Shown piece after piece: positions 57,490 to 64,000 of a stretch of 64,000 nt of DNA; position 1 is the stretch's first letter; each line of letters opens with the position of its first letter. Origin of the DNA: a bacterium. GTDB lineage: Bacteria > UBP15 > UBA6099. Below the pieces are notes generated by a model, which did no database searches, was not told where the DNA came from, and was given only the letters and a program-made list of their open reading frames with translations. A program made the position numbers and the translations under genes. The stretch lies in assembly GCA_029564595.1 (NCBI GenBank), contig JAKQPS010000113.1, forward strand, positions 32,227-96,226, written 5' to 3'.

Positions 57490-59538
57490 TCACAGATATG
57501 ACGGGATGTAACCGAAATAACGCCCCATCCAGTAAGGAGTAATCATGTCGACGCCGGCGAAGTTGCGGCCGTGGTCGTGTTCGGGATATGAAAGATGAGG
57601 GTCGTACGGGCTGCGCTGCCACTGGAAGTCCTGCGGCCGCCTGTATTGGATGGGAACAGGCTCGCACGTCCAGTCGTCATGTCCGGGAACTGTTTTGAAT
57701 TCGACAGGTTCGGCCGGGATGTAAGGAGCGCGAGGCCCGCGAGGAAACGCCATCAACGTGTCGACCGCATTGAACACCGCGCTCGCGTCACGGTCGCCCA
57801 TAGCTCCGAGGTACTGCCAAGTGAAATGCGGGTTGCCTTCATGCTCGGTGCGTCTCTTCTCGGGAGCTTGGCAACCGTCTTCCATCTTCACCTTGTCCTT
57901 CCAGAGCCATTGTAGCGTCTCGCGGTATCTCTCTCTTATCTTCGGATGCCGCTCGAACCTTGCAAGATGGAAGTAGTTGTTGTGGAGCAGATTCAGGTTG
58001 AACCATAAGGTATCCCAATAATCGTTATAAGCCTCTCCGTAAACGTAAACTTTTTTCAGGATCGACAGGTAGTTGCGCTCGAACGAACGTTCCGGCTCCG
58101 GATTGGGGTCTTTCGAGATAAGGTTAATGTATCTCTGCCGCCAGAGTTTGCGAGTGTCGTCGTCTTGGGCAACCGTGGCGGCCATATTAAACCAGTTGAG
58201 TATAAGCGCGGCGTTGAATCCGTTGGCCATGCGCGCGGGGCTTGTGTAGGGGTCGTAAGTGAGGTCTCCGCCTTCCGAGCCTTGAATGCCGTATCCGGAC
58301 ATTATGCCGTGCCGGGTGTGCTTGCCGTCCACATCCTGTATGCGCATCCTGTTGTCCCAGATATGAAACGACATCGACACTATGTTTTCAGAGGCTTTCC
58401 TTCTGAATTCAGGCTCATCGAACAAGTCGAAAACCGTGGCGTTGCCCCAGTAGACGCCAGTGAACTGGTCCCTGCTGGCGGTGCTCAGAAAACGCCATCC
58501 TTTGTACGGACCTTCGGTTATCTCAAACTGGAACCGCGAGGGGTCCGGCTTTATGTAAGGCTCATCCCTGTGGCCTATCCATTCGTCGTTTTCATAGGCC
58601 CTGCCGATAAGGCCGGGAACGCCTGTGATTTCTCTAAGTCGGGTTGTGGCGTCGAGCGACTTCAACATGTTGGCGCGGGCGTAATCTTCGCCCGTGACCG
58701 CGTAGAAATATGCCGCTCCGGCCAGATACGTTCCCGTCCAGATGGCCGAATCGCCGTAGTGCTGATACGCCCCTTTCGGGTCGATTTCAAGCGTCAGTCC
58801 ATAAGGAGAAAACCTGTCCTGATAATCCTTGTTGTACTCGCGCGCCTTCAACTCCATCCACCCGGGGGCCGAAGTGTCCGCAGACGAGCGCAGCGCGTAG
58901 AACTCGCTCGCAGTCGCGCCCGAAGCGTCGGATGCTTCGATAATCAGCAACACAACCGCTTCTCTGTCGGGAGAGGCCGCCAGTTCGCAGGCCGGGGACA
59001 CCGACAGCCACGCGGGGGCGGCATCTTCCGCCGGGGCTTTCATGCCCGGTTTCGCCGCTCCTTCGAAATATGTTCTGGCCCTGACGACGCGGCAGTCTCC
59101 GTAAGGAGCTTGCCCCCCCTGCCCTTCGAGCCTGACTTTTACCGTCTCTCCAAGCTTCGCCACAGGAATTTCCCTGTATACCAGCCTGAAATCCGTTGAC
59201 GACACCACAAAGGAAATGTCAGACTCCGCGAAAGAGCCGTCCGCTTTCTTTGCCCGCAGCCTCGCGGTCGTCCTCTCGATTCCCGCAGGATATCCCTCTA
59301 TCGTGTTCCGCGAGGTCAAGCGAAGCCCGTGAGGAAGAGAGCCGGAAACGATTTCAAATGTCTCCCCGGCTGCCGCGCCGTCCATCAGCGCCTGCGCTTC
59401 AAAGTATTCGCCCAAAGGAATAGCATCCGCTCCGGGGACGGATATCCCAGCAAGCGCGCCTGAAACAGCTCCAGCTAAGAAGAACAGAGCAGCAATCGCA
59501 GAAATTATTTTCGTTTTCATTTTCCGCCTCCGAATCAT
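57490..59538 (-). CDS. Secreted hypothetical protein (682 aa, Trp/Tyr-rich, possible carbohydrate-active enzyme)
   Basis: Signal peptide (KIISAIAALFFLAGAVSGALA). Same strand as the downstream fusion gene, 61 nt upstream of it. Confidence 0.45.
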   Translation of the reverse strand: MIRRRKMKTKIISAIAALFFLAGAVSGALAGISVPGADAIPLGEYFEAQALMDGAAAGETFEIVSGSLPHGLRLTSRNTIEGYPAGIERTTARLRAKKADGSFAESDISFVVSSTDFRLVYREIPVAKLGETVKVRLEGQGGQAPYGDCRVVRARTYFEGAAKPGMKAPAEDAAPAWLSVSPACELAASPDREAVVLLIIEASDASGATASEFYALRSSADTSAPGWMELKAREYNKDYQDRFSPYGLTLEIDPKGAYQHYGDSAIWTGTYLAGAAYFYAVTGEDYARANMLKSLDATTRLREITGVPGLIGRAYENDEWIGHRDEPYIKPDPSRFQFEITEGPYKGWRFLSTASRDQFTGVYWGNATVFDLFDEPEFRRKASENIVSMSFHIWDNRMRIQDVDGKHTRHGIMSGYGIQGSEGGDLTYDPYTSPARMANGFNAALILNWFNMAATVAQDDDTRKLWRQRYINLISKDPNPEPERSFERNYLSILKKVYVYGEAYNDYWDTLWFNLNLLHNNYFHLARFERHPKIRERYRETLQWLWKDKVKMEDGCQAPEKRRTEHEGNPHFTWQYLGAMGDRDASAVFNAVDTLMAFPRGPRAPYIPAEPVEFKTVPGHDDWTCEPVPIQYRRPQDFQWQRSPYDPHLSYPEHDHGRNFAGVDMITPYWMGRYFGYIPSYL

Positions 59539-59780
59539 CCCGGCGTATTTAAAACCGCCGACATGAGATTATAACTCCGAGGCTGCATTTTTTTATATAG
59601 AGAGCGAATTGAGACAACCAATAGTTTTCCGTTATCCGCAATTACGTGGCGAAATATGAGTTGCAACCCGGATTTTCGTATATAATATCGCGTGATAAAA
59701 GCGGGAAAGAGCGGCGCATTTAGTAAAGCGAACGGCGTTTATGAAACACATAAACCCCGCCATCGTTCGAAAGGAGATAT

Positions 59781-60419
59781 ATGAGCCAATCTTTGAATAA
59801 AAGCGATTCGCTAGGGCTAGATAGTGGAGGACTTGCGGCGGCGGGACCATCAGCGGCCATATCATACCCGAAAGCAAAAGAGCCGATGGGGTTGAACAAG
59901 CTGTTCTCTCTGAGCTATCCGGTTAAGAGCGGCATAGCGCGCGTGGCGCTGCTGGCTCTGGCCGTTGGGTTTGAATACTTGTCGCGAAATTGCGACAAGT
60001 TGAAAAAAGAGATATCGACATGGGAGGAAGGCCGGGTTTTCGCCCTCAGCGTCCTCAGCCAAGGCCCGTCTGTTGTTTTAAGAAAAGAAAACGGCGCGAT
60101 CCGATATATCGGCGGCAATCTCAAAGACTCCGAAATAGTGTTTTATTTCAAGAACATTGATTCGGCGTTGATGCTGTTCGCAGGGTTGATCGGAGCCCAC
60201 ACGGCTTCCGCCCAGCATCGCACGATTGTTCACGGCGACATCGGGATCGCTATGGAGGTCCTGCGGGCGATGAACATCGCGCAGTCCTACCTCTATCCCG
60301 GAATAGTGTTGAAGAAAACATTCAAGCGCGCGCCTAAGTTGTCATTCAGCGAGCAAATATTGAAATTGAAACTTATGCTCGCGCTTTTGCCCGGCATAGC
60401 CGCGGCCGCAAAAAAATAG
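59781..60419 (+). CDS. Hypothetical protein
   Basis: 212-aa ORF immediately upstream of the Fe-ADH gene. No motif recognised. Confidence 0.35.
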   Translation: MSQSLNKSDSLGLDSGGLAAAGPSAAISYPKAKEPMGLNKLFSLSYPVKSGIARVALLALAVGFEYLSRNCDKLKKEISTWEEGRVFALSVLSQGPSVVLRKENGAIRYIGGNLKDSEIVFYFKNIDSALMLFAGLIGAHTASAQHRTIVHGDIGIAMEVLRAMNIAQSYLYPGIVLKKTFKRAPKLSFSEQILKLKLMLALLPGIAAAAKK

Positions 60420-60436
60420 TCAAAACATCGGGAGAC

Positions 60437-61618
60437 ATGATAATGAAATCGGATTTCTACGAATTCTTCTGTCCAGTGAAAGTAATCAGCGGAAAGCAGG
60501 CGCTCTCCAACCTGCCGCACGAAATGGATCAGTTGAACGTCAAGCGGGCGCTGGTCGTGACGGATAAAGGGGTGGCGGGAGCGGGCCTGATAAGCTACGT
60601 CCAAGACGCGTTTCAAGGCTCATCCTGCGAGATAGGCCATATTTTCGACGAGACGCCTCCTGATTCAAGCAATATGGTGGTCAATCAGGTGGCCGAACTG
60701 TTCCGGCAGAAGAACTGCGACTGTTTCGTGGCGGTCGGCGGAGGAAGCTGCATCGATACCGCTAAGGGAGCAAACATCGTGGTTACGGAACAGACGGACG
60801 ACCTGATGAAGTTCAGAGGAGCGGAAAGGCTGAAAAAAGCGATGAAGCCGCTACTGGTTGTGCCGACGACCGCCGGGACAGGTTCGGAAGTCACGCTTGT
60901 CGCCGTCATCAGCAACGTTCAGGCTGGCGTTAAAATGGCCTTCACGTCGGACCGGCTTTATCCGAACGTGGCGATTCTGGATCCGAAGATGACGATGACA
61001 ATGCCGCCGAAAATCACCGCCGCCACAGGGATGGACGCTCTGACTCACGCAATCGAAGCATATTATTGCCTGCAGAAAAACCCGATTTCCGATTCGCTGG
61101 CAATCACAGCGATTAAGCTGGCGATGGGGAACCTTGTAAAATGCGTCGAGAACGGAAAAGACGAATCCGCGCGTCTGGCGATGGCAAACTCTTCGCTCAT
61201 CGCCGGGATGGCGTTTTCAAACTCGATGGTCGGAGTGGTTCACGCGCTGGCGCACGCGACCGGCGGCGTATGCCATGTGCCCCACGGGGTAGCCAACGCA
61301 ATCCTGCTTCCATTCGGCATGGAAAACAACCTCGCAAAGAGAGCCGCCGAAATAGGCGAGCTTGCGCCATACCTTTGCGAACGGGAGATACAGGGAGACG
61401 ACCGAGCTAAAGCCGGGGCCGCGATTCAGGCCGTTAGAGACCTCAATAAAAAGTTGAACCAGTTGAGCGGTCTTCCCAACAGGCTGCGGGATGCCGGAGT
61501 GACCGAAGACAAACTAGAAGCGATTGCAAAAGTGGCCGTAAACGACGGGGCTTTGATATACAATCCGGAAGAAGTCACATTTGAAGAAGCGCTTGAAATA
61601 TTGCGGCGAGCATTCTAA
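60437..61618 (+). CDS. Iron-containing alcohol dehydrogenase
   Basis: Fe-ADH signatures (GGGSCIDTAKG, metal-binding His cluster HALAHATGGVCHVPHG). Confidence 0.85.
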   Translation: MIMKSDFYEFFCPVKVISGKQALSNLPHEMDQLNVKRALVVTDKGVAGAGLISYVQDAFQGSSCEIGHIFDETPPDSSNMVVNQVAELFRQKNCDCFVAVGGGSCIDTAKGANIVVTEQTDDLMKFRGAERLKKAMKPLLVVPTTAGTGSEVTLVAVISNVQAGVKMAFTSDRLYPNVAILDPKMTMTMPPKITAATGMDALTHAIEAYYCLQKNPISDSLAITAIKLAMGNLVKCVENGKDESARLAMANSSLIAGMAFSNSMVGVVHALAHATGGVCHVPHGVANAILLPFGMENNLAKRAAEIGELAPYLCEREIQGDDRAKAGAAIQAVRDLNKKLNQLSGLPNRLRDAGVTEDKLEAIAKVAVNDGALIYNPEEVTFEEALEILRRAF

Positions 61619-61655
61619 CCTCGCATTTTTTCGAAACAACGCCAAAAACCGAAAA

Positions 61656-61676
61656 GCCTCCCTGATGGGGAGGCGA
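61656..61676. terminator. Bidirectional terminator hairpin gcctccc-tgat-ggggaggc
   Basis: Lies between the convergent Fe-ADH and phasin genes. A T-run follows on the minus strand. Confidence 0.5.
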
Positions 61677-61707
61677 TTCGGTTATATATGCCTGCGTATC
61701 TGAAAGT

Positions 61708-62079
61708 TCAGGCCTTTTTGGACGGGGTCTGAGCCTTTTTGATCGCCCTTTGAAGCTTGGAGATTTTGTCTTCGAGGTCTTCGATGTCTTCGCGGGTGAC
61801 GAGACCGATCTCAGAGAAAATCTTGTTCGCGCGCTCTTTAAACTTGTCGGCTACTTTCTCGCGGCTCTCTTTGCCCTTGTCCAGCCATTCGTCATAGCGT
61901 TCCTCGCCTAGCTCTACGAGCTGCTCGAAGCGCTCCTGCAGGTTGACTTCCTTCGCCTCTTCCACAACCGGTTCCGCTTCTTCTTCCGTGCGGCCTTCCA
62001 CGAAGTCCTCGATCAGGTCCTGCATCTTCGCCAGCAAACCTATCCCCGCGTATCCTACCTTGTCCAGTTCCAGCGCCAT
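61708..62079 (-). CDS. Phasin-family (PHA granule-associated) protein
   Basis: 123 aa, helical, and matches the phasin/COG3937 pattern (MALELDKVGYAGIGLL...). Confidence 0.55.
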   Translation of the reverse strand: MALELDKVGYAGIGLLAKMQDLIEDFVEGRTEEEAEPVVEEAKEVNLQERFEQLVELGEERYDEWLDKGKESREKVADKFKERANKIFSEIGLVTREDIEDLEDKISKLQRAIKKAQTPSKKA

Positions 62080-62365
62080 TTCTCTTTCCTCCTCAATTTT
62101 TTCGACCAGTTTGTTTGGTCTTTATGCCACTAATTATAAACGCGCCATTAACTTTGTCAAGCAATATTTAAATAATTATTAAATAATTCAATCTATAAAT
62201 AAATTTACCACATACAAAGGCATTATTTGTCGAGCGATATTGATTAATTTAATTTGTTTTTTAATAATCTTGAACTATTCAACTCGATTTTAGACGTCGA
62301 CACGAAGCAAAAGAGGTTGTTTTATGATGATTATTTAAAGGTTATTAATATTGATTAAAAAAAAA

Positions 62366-64000
62366 TCACATCATATTCTGAGGATTAACATCTACGGATA
62401 CGCATTTGCGGGATGTGGCTGGAAGAGCTTCCATAGCTTCGCGCGCGACAGCAAGAACGACTTTGATTGACGCTCCCCTGAGTAGAACAAGATATCTGAA
62501 TCTATTGTGCATCTTAAAGAAAGGAGCTTCTGCTGGGCCGAGCAATCCGATGTATTCATTTTTTTCCGCGTTTTTAGCAGCTTTTTCGAGCGCGGCCAGC
62601 ATTTCGTTGGCAACCGACGCGGATTCTCTTTCATCTTCGGAAGAAATTATAAAGTTAGCCATCTGTGTGAAAGGGGGATATAGAGCTTCGCGGCGTATCT
62701 TAAGTTCAAAGTCGTAGAAATCGTCCGGGTCTCCGCCTGCCGCGGCGCGGATGGCGGGATGGTCGGGATTGAGGGTCTGAATTATCACGCGTCCGGGTAT
62801 GTCTCGCCTGCCCGCGCGGCCCGCGACCTGTGTGAGCAGTTGAAATGTCCGCTCTCCGGCTCTGAAGTCGGGCATATTGATTATGCTGTCCGCCGAGATC
62901 ACGCCGACGAGCGTGACGCCGGGAAAATCCAGCCCTTTTGCTATCATCTGCGTGCCGACTAGGATGTCTATCTCGCGCTCCTCGAAAGCGTTTATTATGC
63001 GGCGGTACTCGCCGCGCCGGGTCACGGTGTCTCTGTCCATGCGCTCAATGCGGGCGTCTTTAAACTTCCTCTTAAGCTGATTCATAACCCTTTCTGTGCC
63101 GAACCCGTAGTAGCGCAGAGCCGACCCGCCGGCGCCGCAGTTCGGGCACCGCTCCGGTTTCGTCTCGCTGTGACCGCAGATATGGCATTTCAGCAGGGCT
63201 TCCATCCTGTGGTACTTCATGTTCACCGAACAGAGGGGGCACTTAATAGTCTCGCCGCAACTGAAACACTGGATATATTGAGCGTATCCCCGGTGGTTGA
63301 GGAAAATCATGGACTGCTCGTTTTTCTCGAAAGTTTCCGCCACCGAGTTGATGAGAGCCGGGCTGAAAAGAGAGGTGACGCGCGAGGGCTGAACCCTGCG
63401 CATATCAATGATGGCGATGTCGGGCATCTCGCTGGCTCCGACGCGGCTTGGCAAAGTGAGCCTTTTGATTTTTCCGCTCCTGACCATGTGGATGGTTTCA
63501 AGCGAAGGAGTCGCCCCGCCGAGCACGACCGGGCATCCGACTAGTTTGGCGCGCTGGACGGCCGCGTCCCTTGCGTGGTACATGGGTCTGTGTTCCTGTT
63601 TATATGACGATTCATGTTCTTCGTCGACCACAATAAGCCCGATGTTTTCGAGCGGGGCAAACACCGCGGACCTTGCCCCTATCACGATATCCACTTCCCC
63701 GGAAACGATCCGGTTCCACTCGAAGAGGCGCTCGGACATCGAGAGCGAACTGTGCCAGATTGCGACGCGTCCAGCGAAACGCTTCATAAACCGGGCGATT
63801 ATCTGCGTCGCAAGCGCAATTTCAGGGACAAGGATGAGAGCCTTTTTCCCATTGCCTATGCAACACCTCGCGGCTTGCATGTAAATTTCTGTTTTTCCGC
63901 TTCCGGTGACGCCCTGAAGCAGAAAGACCTGATGTTTCTGCGGAATTATCGCCGAGCAGACTGAGCCGAACGCTTCTCTCTGATCTGGATTCAGAGTGTG
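62366..64000 (-). CDS. priA: Primosomal protein N' (PriA helicase), 5' part beyond window
   Basis: Helicase motifs. The frame continues to the window edge (QGVTGSGKTE Walker A is encoded at 63900-63930). Zn-finger CxxC pairs and the C-terminal domain are present. Confidence 0.85.
   Translation of the reverse strand, partial: HTLNPDQREAFGSVCSAIIPQKHQVFLLQGVTGSGKTEIYMQAARCCIGNGKKALILVPEIALATQIIARFMKRFAGRVAIWHSSLSMSERLFEWNRIVSGEVDIVIGARSAVFAPLENIGLIVVDEEHESSYKQEHRPMYHARDAAVQRAKLVGCPVVLGGATPSLETIHMVRSGKIKRLTLPSRVGASEMPDIAIIDMRRVQPSRVTSLFSPALINSVAETFEKNEQSMIFLNHRGYAQYIQCFSCGETIKCPLCSVNMKYHRMEALLKCHICGHSETKPERCPNCGAGGSALRYYGFGTERVMNQLKRKFKDARIERMDRDTVTRRGEYRRIINAFEEREIDILVGTQMIAKGLDFPGVTLVGVISADSIINMPDFRAGERTFQLLTQVAGRAGRRDIPGRVIIQTLNPDHPAIRAAAGGDPDDFYDFELKIRREALYPPFTQMANFIISSEDERESASVANEMLAALEKAAKNAEKNEYIGLLGPAEAPFFKMHNRFRYLVLLRGASIKVVLAVAREAMEALPATSRKCVSVDVNPQNMM

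Overview
A 64 kb stretch of a high-GC (about 60%) bacterial chromosome, most likely from an anaerobe. The anaerobe call rests on a glycyl-radical enzyme operon, a four-subunit 2-oxoacid:ferredoxin oxidoreductase (korDABG), an Fe-ADH, and DUF362 and YkgJ Fe-S proteins. Most of the window is housekeeping:
- nadK(partial)-recN-steA-steB synteny, followed by a GT2 gene
- a Mce/Mla-type ABC lipid transporter operon that also carries an mreB-like gene
- lgt-rluD-tgt-yajC and a SPOR protein
- trxB and PNP
- GlnA, purC, a feedback-type DAHP synthase, and priA (partial)

The parts worth a second look are:
- (i) An AT-rich (about 33-35% GC) single-gene cassette encoding a PIN-like nuclease-domain protein. 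It sits exactly between two near-identical 31-bp palindromes and next to a 2 x 71 bp iteron-like array.
- (ii) A second AT-rich islet carrying an orphan 150-aa protein plus a MazF/PemK-type toxin-antitoxin pair.
- (iii) Three copies (two on +, one on -) of a roughly 190-225 nt intergenic element built from GC-rich hairpins. It looks like a new MITE or sRNA-type repeat family.
- (iv) An unlisted 33-codon leader ORF (..FWSGYYYYFW..) with an intrinsic terminator upstream of DAHP synthase, i.e. a candidate aromatic-amino-acid attenuator.
- (v) A TetR-controlled operon encoding a PFL2-type glycyl-radical enzyme, an ADC-fold protein and an acyl-CoA dehydrogenase, with no activase in the window.
- (vi) An operon encoding a secreted 682-aa protein, an 872-aa fusion of a Walker-A-less KaiC/RecA-like domain with a PEP-synthase/PPDK ATP-grasp domain, and a SAM methyltransferase.

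No rRNA, tRNA or CRISPR array was recognised.
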